A stretch of 64,000 nt of DNA, taken from assembly GCA_030704615.1 (NCBI GenBank), contig CM060733.1:17112001-17176000 (forward strand). The letters run 5' to 3'. The translations under genes were made by a program, and so were the position numbers. Shown in pieces: positions 48,360 to 59,500 of the stretch. Source of the DNA: Takakia lepidozioides. Taxonomy: Eukaryota > Plantae > Bryophyta. The notes beneath the pieces are model-generated. The model was not told the DNA's origin. It ran no database searches and was given only the letters and a program-made list of their open reading frames with translations. How positions within the stretch are numbered: position 1 is the first letter of the stretch; each line of letters opens with the position of its first letter.

Positions 48360-48820
48360 CCTCATACCTTCTATGCAACTTTGGGTGCTCTAAAGACACC
48401 GACAGGGTATGGTGCTTCATTTAAGAAGCATATTGCTAAGAACAAGCTTTCACACATGAATAGTCATGACTACCATCTACTGATGCAACAAGTTCTACCT
48501 TTGTGCATTCGAGGTTTGTTGGGCAAAGGTCCAAGGCTCGCAATCATGAAGCTATCTCGTGTATTTCGCGCATTGTGCATGAAAACAGTGGATCCCGAGG
48601 AACTACCAGCCCTGAAGGAGGATGTGGTTGTAACGCTTTGTTTGTTGGAGAAAGAGTTTCCCCCCTCATTCTTCGATCTCATGACCCACCTTGTGCTACA
48701 CCTTGTGAATGAATTGGAGGTTTGTGGTCCTGTTAGTTCGCGTTGGATGTACCCCATCGAGAGGTACATGAAAAATTTGAAGGGATATGTGAAGAGCTAT
48801 GCCCGGCCAGAAGGTTGCAA
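48360..48820 (+). pseudogene. CACTA transposase fragment (DUF4218-like)
   Basis: MNSHDYHLLMQQVLPLCIRG..LEKEFPPSFFDLMTHLVLHL..CGPVSSRWMYPIERYMKNLKGYV..RPEGC. Confidence 0.9.
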
Positions 48821-48859
48821 GTATGAGATGACTCGAGAATAAGTGGACAGGTAGGGAAG

Positions 48860-50190
48860 CACGAAAACCCCTTCCCCCATCATTTGCTCATAGGTCTCCA
48901 AAGCCTCCATCCCGCACCCCTGTTGTGCATACCCTGCAAGCATCGCACTCCATGACACCACATCTCGTTCAGCCATAGTGTTGAACACTCCATTGGCATC
49001 CTCAATGCACCCACATTTGGCATACATGTCCACCAGGGCAGGGGCAGTGTTCAGAATGACATCTAGTAATCTGACAGGCATTCATATTTTTGCCTCGGTT
49101 GTCCCACCATTGACTAGGATCAGAGAAGTATTCATTCCACAACCTCTCCTCATCTCTGTTACCTGTTTGTGGATACTTTCCTGTTGTCACATTGGCAGTA
49201 TCATGTCAAAGTCACTCCAAACTATCCCAGGTTCACTCAACCAGCTAACTTGCAAAATTCAACATTAAAATTTAGGGCCGATTATAAGAGGGAAAAACAG
49301 GGTAAAATGTGTTGAAGTGCCTTCATTAGCAGTGCCTGAATTTATCAATTGTACCGCTGCTACTGCGGCTTCTAGTTGACCATCTACCCATGCAGGTTTC
49401 TTGTAGCTATCCAGTGAGTGTGCACCTGCTTTCCAACTTCAAGACCTTCCATCTTGATGCACTTAAGCAAGAGACAGACATACGTATCTGAATCCGCTGA
49501 AATGCCTCCTTGGTTTGGAGTCTGTAGAGCCTCTGTCAGACTGCCTGCTGCATAAAGTATCTTCACATGCCCAGAAGTGCCAGAAGAGGCATTGTGGACT
49601 CCCTCTCTTGATCCTCTTTCAGAAGCTGTGGTCATGGTTGAGGTGCCTGATTCTATCAACTGTGCCGCTGCAGCTGCTGCCTTTAGTTGACCATCTACCC
49701 ATGCAAGTTTATTGTAGTTATTGATCCACATGGAATCATAGGTCATCTGGAGCTTGAAGTCCGACCTTCTTGGATGAATCTGTCCACCCACACACTATCC
49801 CTGCTCCTTCAGCTATCCATGCCTCTGCACAAATCATACATACATCCTTGCCTTGCTGCTATCAGCTGACAATGACAGCCTAGATTTGTTCTAGGAAACA
49901 CCCAATTCAACTTATCACATTAATTCCTATGCTTAATTGCATCTACTACTCTCTGTCAGGCATTTACCTTTTGCCTCCATTGTCCCATCATTGACTGGGG
50001 TCAGAAAAGTATTCATTCCACAGCCTCTGCTCGTCTCTGTTACCTGTTTCTGGATATTTCCCTGTTGTCACATTGGCAGTATCATGTCAAAGTCACTCCA
50101 AACTAGACTAGCTAACTTGCAGAATTCAACATGGAAATTTAGGGCAGATTCTGATAAGAGGGAAAAACAGGGTGAAATGTGTTGAAGAAA
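48860..50190 (-). pseudogene. Duplicated N-terminal regions of PPR genes carrying an OSB-type PDF motif
   Basis: DEERLWNEYFSDPSQWWDNRGK (49090-49160; second copy ~49970-50040) and HPRRSDFK..SMWI..AWV (49690-49780), leading into PPR repeats. Confidence 0.7.
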
Positions 50191-50719
50191 GCAGTGCCTG
50201 ATTTTATCAATTGTGTCACAATATCACTGGGTAATTCTTGATGAGGGTGTTCTCAAGGCACCCCTATCATCAAAGTGTGGCTGTTGGTCCTTCAAGCATC
50301 TGTGGGGAAATTGTGGCAGAAGCAGAAACTAGAAATGACGTTATAATATATGCTTGATATATCACTGCTTATGGAATCGGGAGACTTGCCTTGTATCTCG
50401 ATCTGTCAACATGATTTGCAAATGAAGTATCTGATGTATAGCATGTCTGAAATCTAAATGTGCCCTACCTCTTGCTCATGAATCCTTTTCAATGAATCGA
50501 GCTTCTCCTGCCAGAATGGAGCTGTTTCTGAGCAGCTGGACCTCTGACGAGAACTGGGCAGCGAGGTAGCACGATCACCTGCTCACCCACACCATGAAGC
50601 CCGGTGGTGAATTCTACCCAGTTTTGTTTCTGCATCTGAACACAACCTGACATACCCTTCGTGCTCATGGAAAATCAATCACGGAGACTCATTGTGCGGG
50701 TCTGAAACAAGGAAGTAAG

Positions 50720-51698
50720 GTGTAATCTAAGCTGCACTTTTCTTCTTTCCCAGCCCAAAACCAATGGCCAGCTTCTCACTGTGGTGGCTAAGAGAAAATT
50801 CCTTTCCTCCACATCATGCAATAAAAAGCGTGTGTCAGGCACATACCCCGCCTCCTTCATCTGCCCAGACAATCTTCTCAGCTCAACATGGATTTCTTTA
50901 ATTCTGGGATGCAACTTGTCATCTGGCTCCTTTCTAACCCCTCTGACCTTCATCATTCTTCTGACCTTTGCAGTATCATCCCACCTGCCAGCTGCAACAT
51001 GGATGTTTGATATAGCACCACATAAGTCGTGGCATCCTGTTCATCCCACTTGAGGATAGATGTTGCCACACATTCAGCCATCTCCACATTGTCATGGATT
51101 CTGCAGGCACCAAGCAAGGCCTTCCACACCACAACATCTGGATTGATTGGCATTTTATTAATCAGGTCCACTGCCTCATCCAGTTGTCCCGCACGTCCAA
51201 GAAGGTCCACCATGCAGCCAAAGTGATTTACTGTCAGATTGATACCATGATCTTCAGTCAGGGAATCGAAGTAGCATCTTCCTTCATTCAGTAGGTTAGT
51301 GTGGCTGCAGGCAGAGAGAACACATATAAAGGTGATACTGTCCGGCTTCAAGCCTTTCTTTTGCATTCCTTCAAATAGTTGCAGGACCTCCCTATGACAA
51401 CCATGCTGGGCATATCCTGCGATCATCGCATTCCACGACACCACATTTCATTCAGCCATATTGTCAAATACTCCCTTTGCATCCTCATTGCACTCACATT
51501 TCGCATACAAGTGAACCAGGGCGGTGTCCATAATGACATTTGGTACAATTCCAGCTTTGATGATGTCACCACGAACCTCTTTGCCCTTTTCCAGGGCTGT
51601 CAGGCTTGCACACGCATTGCAAATGCACACAAACGTGATGTGGTCGGGCTTCACCCCTTCCCCCATCATTTGCTCATAGGTCTCCAAAGCCTCCATCC
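50720..51698 (-). pseudogene. PLS-E-(DYW start) PPR gene 3' part (3' of the element C insertion)
   Basis: ITFICVLSACSH..HFGCMVDLLGRAGQLDEA..VWKALLGACRIH (E domain) and HPRIKEI..MKEAGYVPDTRFLLHDVEE (DYW start); frameshifts. Confidence 0.92.
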
Positions 51699-52470
51699 GA
51701 GGTTTGCTATTTCATGAGCATGAGCGGCATGAGCGGCATGAGCGGCATGAGCAGAGTAGTAAGACAATCGGTTTTCATGAGCAGAAGTACAAATTTCGAA
51801 AATAAAAAACAATAAAAAACAATAATTTAATGCAATGTGTCAGGAAAAACAAATATATTATTTGGCCCCTTGAAGGGAAAATTGCAGTGTTGACAGTTGT
51901 GCTCATGATATTTCGTCTTCCGCTCATGCCAATTCCCAGCGACATGTGCAAATATGGCGCCGAATTTCGCGGTAATAGGGTCCGTAACCTGAAAAAACGG
52001 CGACGTATTTCGCGGTAATAGGTCTCTCTGGCGAAAAATGGTGCCGAATTCCGCGGCTATAGGTCCCCTCATGACAGGTAATTCGGCGCCATTTTTCCAG
52101 TCCATGTTCGGACTTAGCCAGTTTTCGGCGCAAAATAGGGAAATTCGGCGCCATTTTTCCAGACACTATACCAGTGCATGTTGGGACTTAGCCAGTTTTC
52201 GGCCCAAAAAAGAGAAATTCGGTGCCATTTTTCCAGACACGGTACCAGTGCATGTTGGGACTTCGCCAGTTTTCGGCCCCAAAAAGAGAAATTTGGCGCC
52301 ATTTTCCCAGACATAGGTACCAGTGCATGTTGGGACTTAGCCAGTTTTCGGCCCCAAAAACAGAAATTCGGCGCCATTTTCCCAGACACAGGTACCAGTG
52401 CATGTTGGGACTTAGCCAGTTTTCGGCCCCAAAAACAGAAATTCGGCGCCATTTTTCCAGAAATGGCCCC
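51690..52470 (+). mobile_element. Displaced terminal segment of element C (transposase side): TSD CCTCCATCC (51690-51698), TIR from 51699, ~62-bp subterminal tandem repeats
   Basis: GAGGTTTGCTATTTCATGAGC terminus, CATGAGCGG repeats, and units with GAAATTCGGCGCC and GGGACTTAGCC shared with the other C arrays. Confidence 0.8.
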
Positions 52471-52918
52471 ACAATTGCTTCTGTGAGAGCTTGCAAGGTG
52501 AACGATGGCGGCAGATCAAGATCCGGGCATTGCGGCAGTTCCGAAAAAGTTGGCACGGCGATTTCTATTAGCCTATTTCGCGCGGGCCGTCCGGGCAGAT
52601 TCCAAAGAAATTGACGACGGCGATGACCTGGCTACGATGACGTGGCACTATGGCACCCTATTCCTGCTCTACGCTAAACTAGCTTCCCACCTTCGGTCGT
52701 CGCTAGAACTTACTTACATGTTTTTACTAATTGACGGATTTTAAGTAAAAATATCGTCTCGAATACTGAGAGAGAGGATGAAAAGCGGGGGGATGGAGGA
52801 AGGCGTGGCTGCCACGTACGTTGGGGAGTCGAGTCGGGGACCCACGCTATCGCGAGCCCGGTCTCGTCGTGCGAGACGGAGAGAGAGAGAGAGTGTAGTA
52901 CCGAGACCGGGCTGCGCG

Positions 52919-55610
52919 ATGGCTGCTCTCGCTGCATCCCTTGCGCTCTCCTCGTCGTATCACAGCGTATGTGCTCTGAAGGCGGGGTGCAGTCAGACGG
53001 GAGGTCAGAAGAGGGAGCCGGGCTGTGTACGATGTGGGCAGCAGGAGGCAAATTACACAGGGGAAGAGATGTCGCGCAGACAGGCCGTGGGTGCAGTGGT
53101 TGTGGGCGGATTGGGGTGGTGGTGGTCGCCATCGGCCCTCGGTCTTCTGGAGAATGACGACGACGACGCGCTGCTGGAGAAGGTGAAAGAGGATAAAAAG
53201 AAACGTATCCAGAAGCGTGGTGCCATCAGCTCCCTGCAAAAGGAAACTGGTAAGACTTCTGTTACAGGGGAGGGGGAGGTAGTTGGAGTGTCGCTGGTGA
53301 GAGTAAAGCTCAAATCACTGGAACCACCGTACCGCCCTTGATGTTGACAGTGTGTCGATAGTCGTGAAACTCTTGTCGAATTACTTTTAATTCTGGAAAG
53401 AGAGTGCATATGGAAGCATGGGAGACAAGCAACTTCCACCTCCTTTTCCTATTTTATTTGCTGTGTGAGCAGGCAATAACGCTACCTCCTGAAATTGCTA
53501 AATTGCATCATTTCCTCTATTCACACTACCTGAGAGAAGTTCGAAATGTGCACATCAGTACCCTCCAGTATCTATCTTAGCTAATTTCACCGGTACCTCT
53601 ATTCAATTGAATGTCTTTACGAAGGCTAGGTCCTAAGTCAGACAGAGGAAAAGTGCGAGACTCACGAAACTATGAAAACATTTAGAGCTGTGCAACCTTT
53701 TGTGGAAGATTTTATGATCAATCCCATCTATTTTGAAATTCTGTCCACAGTTCCTATATTTCACATTGGGGCATCATAGTAGCAAAACAGTCAAGTGATG
53801 AAAATGCAATGTAATATTTCTCCAGAAGCCTGCCTGACCTTCATGGAAAACACTTCTGGACTCTAAATAACCTTGAGACAGGTGCTTATTATCCTACAAA
53901 CAGCTTGCCAACTGTGTAAGAAGTGTAATGCCACAGTAGTTCCCTGGCTCTTCTCTGTCACCTTTCTTATACAGATTGACAATGAAACCCTCTCTCTGTA
54001 TTAATTAATGGGTCAGCTTCTTTGTGTTGGGGCTTTGTTTGCCTCGTGTAAACTTTGAGGATGGGCATGCCATCGAGCATGCCATCTCTTGATCAGTAAC
54101 TGCACGCAAAGGCAGGTCTGACTGACATGGTCTTCCTGCAAAGACCTTTGGGCTTGGCTTACTAGGTTTGGCATCCCTAGTAGTCCACTCTGGATCAACC
54201 TTTTCCAGGGCTTTAAACCAGTTGGAAAGGTTCAGTTTAAAAGTATCCATTCTTGTTTGTCTTCCCTGAGCCCCTCATTGAATTGCCAATGTCTAAGGTA
54301 GCTCTCCAACCAGTCAAGGGTCAAAATTCTCTGAGTTTAACTTGCTGTGGGACTCTATACATAGTCAACTTCAATGCACCTCTGTTTCCAAGTCTCGAGA
54401 TGGTGCCATCAGCCAGATAATCCGAGCCTAAACTTGAGCAAGTAGTTTTAAAGTACACAATGTCCATCCTCGTAGGTTACCTAGTGGGCATGGAGAGAAT
54501 GCACTCATCAGATTTGTTTGCTGTAGCCTGGGCAGGGAGAGAGATTGAGAGAAAGAGACACGGAGAGCCCACAGGAGGCCCAAGGGATACAAGTAGGGAA
54601 GCAAGGACTAATAGAAGATGGGGTGTGCAGAATCATTGCAGGTAGCGGTGTATAATTTGAGCAAAGCAGGGCAGGCCATAGATGGCGCTGACTTCAACAC
54701 TGCTTCATCGGTGCTGGGCACCAGCTTGGATACCAACTGGATTGTGGATGTCAAGGCGGCTTTCTCTAAGGTCCCGCTTTGGCCACTTCTGCATGCCGTC
54801 GTCATTGGGCATCATTTGTGGCAGCATCTCTGTTGAGTAGTGGGATGGGCTCCAAGGGCAGTTTGTGTACTTGCACTCTCTTTGCCTCCCGTGATGTTGC
54901 ACTCTCAGTTCTAGGGCCTGCAATGGCTGTCTGTATATTATGCATGTCTCATGTCATGTGTGCGACTGGACATGGTACAGGTGAGCACAAATCCGGAAGA
55001 GCAAGGTGAGGCTGACTCCTTCAAGACTGCCTTGGCATCACTCCAATCAGCTGGTAGGTTCTTACATCAGTTGTTGTGTTCTCCGCTTCATAACTCTTTG
55101 GGCTCGAATATATGTCTTAGATGTAATTGCCTATAAATATACTGATGTTAATGCCCACACCAAAGCAGCAGAACTTTGTCTCTGTCTGCCTGTGCCGTAG
55201 ATGGGACTGCCACCCAGTCTCGAGGTGTTCCTTGGAAAGCTGTGTGGCTTTGTAAGCTTCTGGAGAGTCCAAAGGTGAAGCTGTCTGGTCCTTTTGTTAC
55301 TGTAAGCTCCCAATATGGCACATAGATCTCTCTTGGGTTGTCATCAACTCTATGCATATTATGTACAGTATATGTTAATTTTTTGTGATATTCTCTTATG
55401 GTTCCTTAACAACTATTGAAGTTAAGGTCCTTACTTGGGAAGGTTCTAAGTGGTTTGTTGCTGTATGTGAAAGTCCCGATGATGGAATTTTTGGGTGCAG
55501 TGGTTAAGCATGATGCAGACTCATCAAGAAGTTCATTTGTGGCATCCGCGAGTGCACTGGAAAAGTGGACGACGCTCACTGGCTTGTCAGGACAGATCAA
55601 GGGCCTATAA
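52919..55610 (+). CDS. MPH2: Thylakoid lumenal 16.5 kDa protein (MPH2/TL16.5), 4 exons: 52919-53249, 54631-54770, 54981-55053, 55501-55610
   Basis: Transit peptide with twin-arginine SRR, LENDDDDALLEKVKEDKKKRI, VYNLSKAGQAI, C-terminus EKWTTLTGLSGQIKGL*. Canonical GT-AG junctions keep the frame. Confidence 0.93.
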
Positions 55611-56504
55611 CTATTGCACCTCATTTTTGCTTTTGTTATCTTTCTTTGTCAGTTCTTTTTTGCTACCTTTTGAATGTTGCTTTTTCATCATTTTTCAGCC
55701 TGAAGAACAATAAGAATTACCTGACTCATTCCTTCACATCAATACCATCTTTGGACTTCTCCCCAACACATTTAGAATTGAAAGGAAACTCTCTTTTTGC
55801 CTTTATTCCCTTGCGTTTTGGAAGCCATATCAAACAGACCTAAATGTTTGTAAGATCATTGGCTGTGAATTCCAATTGATTGGTACTCCATAGTTTAGCT
55901 GGAAAATAATTTTCAGATATGTATAGTATGAACACATGGACCGTTTTTAAAAAGAAAGAAAGAGGGGGGAGGCCCTGATGGTCAAATCAAATGGTGAAAT
56001 AGATAAATAACTTAGTATTTGCCCTTTTACATGATTGTTTGAGATGGCATCTATTTTTCTATCCACAGCCAAGCTGCTAGGGCACTATAGCAGGCACTGG
56101 AGAGGTCCACCCTGCATTTTATGAAAGACAACCCCCCTAAACCCGTGTCCCATTTTCAAAAAGACAATTGAACAGTATTCTTTCTTGAGCACATGGTCAG
56201 AGAAAGAAACACTAAAGTAGCATTTGTATTGTAATTTCTAGCACCGGGTCAGCTGAACATTCCCCCAGAATGGGTCAGTATTCTTTGCAACATATATAGA
56301 TTGCCACAGCATTGAGTAGACATATATGCAGCAAGTGATATCAAAGCACCAAATGAAGTATGATGTGATAGCCTGAAGTGCAAATTGACCTTGAGCAAGA
56401 ACAAACTAGAAATGTAGGTCCAAGTAACCACCTGATTATCTTTGGCAGACAGTAGTGTTGTCAAGAGGTTTGTTAATTGGAAGCTTGTTGTACCACTTTA
56501 CTTC

Positions 56505-59500
56505 GCCTGTTCTCTTAGGGAGATGCTAAGTCCACCCTATAAGGCCGTCTGGTTGACTTCTTCTCAAGTTTGAGCTCAATATTCAAATGATTTGCTAGTG
56601 CTTGCCGCCCAAACTTCTGCAAGAACCCACCATATCCAAGGCTAGTTACCCATTTCGCATTTCTACTGCACATATGAGATGGCAGGTAAACACCATTATG
56701 TGTAAGGATTCGAGAGGCACAAGATTTTCAAGGTGTGAGATATATCTTTACATACTCATCGACAAGCTGACCTGTAAGACATTGCAGAGGTCCTTGCGGC
56801 CATCTGCTAGGAGTTCAGACTGTGTAGGCCAGCGCACAGAACCTGATCGCACAGCCTCTGCCCATAGTGTATCTGCAGCATCCTCCATGCTATCAATTCC
56901 CTTGTCCTCTATCAGTTTCTGCAACAGGTAGGCTCGCAGTGCACCTGCTGCTTCTTCCACTCCTGCCCAGTGCCTCTTCTGCACATATAGCCACTGTTAC
57001 AATGCTATACGTGCGCTCCCTACGTGCCATCAACTGTACCTTACACATGTGACTCAATTGCACGTCGTTAACCAGATTCTTCACCCAACAACCATACACG
57101 TGTACTCTTCTCTTGCAGACCTACCTGAAGAAAAGTGAGAAGAAAGAGACCTACTTGAGAAGGAGAGTAAGAGAAAGAGCAGAGCCAGAGAGCTGTACAA
57201 GTTTCCTGCAACAAAATAACAGGTAGATTCCAACCTCAATGCTGCTCTAACTAATAAAAATGCTCTGTGCTTTACAGCAATTGCGGGGCTCTCACCTAAG
57301 GAGTGGTACAAACCGCGTACCTTCTCAGGACAATGTGTGCTAAATAACACAGTAAATGTGGGAATAGACAATTGTTCACTGCATCCATGCAAGCTCTATT
57401 CGTAGGAATTTGTATGTGTTACTCGCAAGTAACAATTGTTACATGTTTAGAAAAATCCTTGCACTCTCAGAATCCATGCTAACCGGGAAGCAGGCAATGC
57501 AGTCAGGAGGTTCTTGCTGGAGTTAGATCACCCATTGCATGCTAATCTGCACAAGAGAGACAGTGAAGAGGAAAAAAAGAGAGGGTTTCTCCATCAGTAG
57601 GTAAAGAATTTAAACTCACCCCACATCTCTGGGCACGAAGTCCCATGTGGTCAGCCATGGCTCCAATACCCCCATATTTACGTATTGCCATAATGAGATC
57701 GGTGCGGTTCTGTGCACGCAGTTCTGTGACCGTTGGGAATAACGACCTGCACATTCACTCAAGTGCCCATTTCTCTTTGAATTTCTTCTTGAGGCTACCA
57801 TAGCTGCACAGCTAGTCAAGCCTCCATACACAAATGATCACAGCCAGTGAGAAAGTAATTTTGTTACAGACACCAAATGAGAGAACCAGAGACAAGCAGA
57901 GAGAGTTTACGAGCTATAGGCTTGTGCCAAAGAGAGAATGTACTCATTTGCAATATCCTCATTTGCTATAGGCTTTGAGGTACAACTGAGGGCAAGGGTA
58001 GAAAGAGCATAACTCCACCAATTTGGAGCACCTTTTCCCCCAGAACTCAGACCCATGGTGTCACAAGCCTCTCAAACTGAACGGAAAGAGGTGTGGTGAC
58101 AGTCTATTTGATCCTTTCAAAGTGGGGTCATTCAGCAGAGAACACGGATTAGAAAATGATAGCCATCTTCGCCCTGACGTAGAATACAGACAAGCAAGAT
58201 GGAACCAAGCAAAGAATGTAAAAGGAACATACAAGCCGTGTTCCTGCATGAAGGTCACAATGTCAATCTCAAGCTTCGATAACGAGCTTCTGGAAACTGT
58301 CTCGCGGCCTAATTGTCGAGCAACTTCTTTGTAGCCCCCATGCATCATTATCTGCCAACCATATTCACCCCACTTTACATTATGCAAAAGAAACTGCTTA
58401 CTATATTTCTGAAGGTATATACCACCCCTACCCACTAGTGTTGCAAAACAATGTTTGATGCTGAACCATCAATGATGCACCTCTTAAAGATACACATGTA
58501 AACCAAGGGCAGAATGTTGCCAACAAAAAGTTTTGCCACATCGACCAATGTCCTCACACGAGCAGATAGCAGGGAGACCTGGATTGCTTATGTTTCCTGT
58601 CTTACAAGGATCAGGATCCAAATAGGTACCCATCTTTGTGAGTGACACAATTATCCATGTTTGAGGAAATGAGCACCTTTCTCTGACATCACCTCAGTTG
58701 TCCTGGCAGGGACCACATTTAAAATGGCAGACTACTTGAAATGTCTAAGATCATGCCATAACTCCAGTGCAATCATACAAATCTGTTTTGTGCGAACACA
58801 CCCCTCAACCACTTGATCTTCATATGAAAAATATCCCAAGACTCACTTGAGACCAAAACATTTGGGCTCGGTCTAAACTAAGTCATCCCAGTGTTGGTGA
58901 CTCTGAGCCTGGCTGTCACCATCCTCGTCTCTACAAAACACAGAACTTTGTGGGTCTGTGTGTGATATACAAGAATAAAAGTAATGAGAGAGGTTACCGC
59001 ATGGTGAAGGTCATAACGGCCAGCCTCCTTTACAGTACGCTGGCGAGGCATTACTGCTGTCCCAGAATCACCTACAAACTGACTAACTGGGCCAGGATCC
59101 ATGACACTCGTACGAGCTGGTTCATTCAGCAATACCTCATGCGTTACAAGGTTCAGATAAGTAACCCCTCCTGTTTCAAAGCATTACCCACAAGCTGTGA
59201 ATTACCCATAACTCGCTTTCAATTAGAAAACTGCCTCAAACAACAACTTCAATCCCTTCCTCTGAAATTGCCTTTTCTGCCTTTTTCAGTTTTTTCTGCA
59301 CTCTTGGGCAGTCTGGAGGACCTATGTGGTTGCATGCTGGCCTTACAGTTAGGTGACATTCATGGGGGTTGCATGCATACATCTGTGAAGGCAGAGAAGA
59401 TATTCAGGAGCCCGGAGAGATTGGGGGGGGGGGGAGGGAGATGAAGAGAGAGGAAAGAAAGTAAAGGAAATGAGGATAGTGAGAAAGAAAAGGAGAAGGA

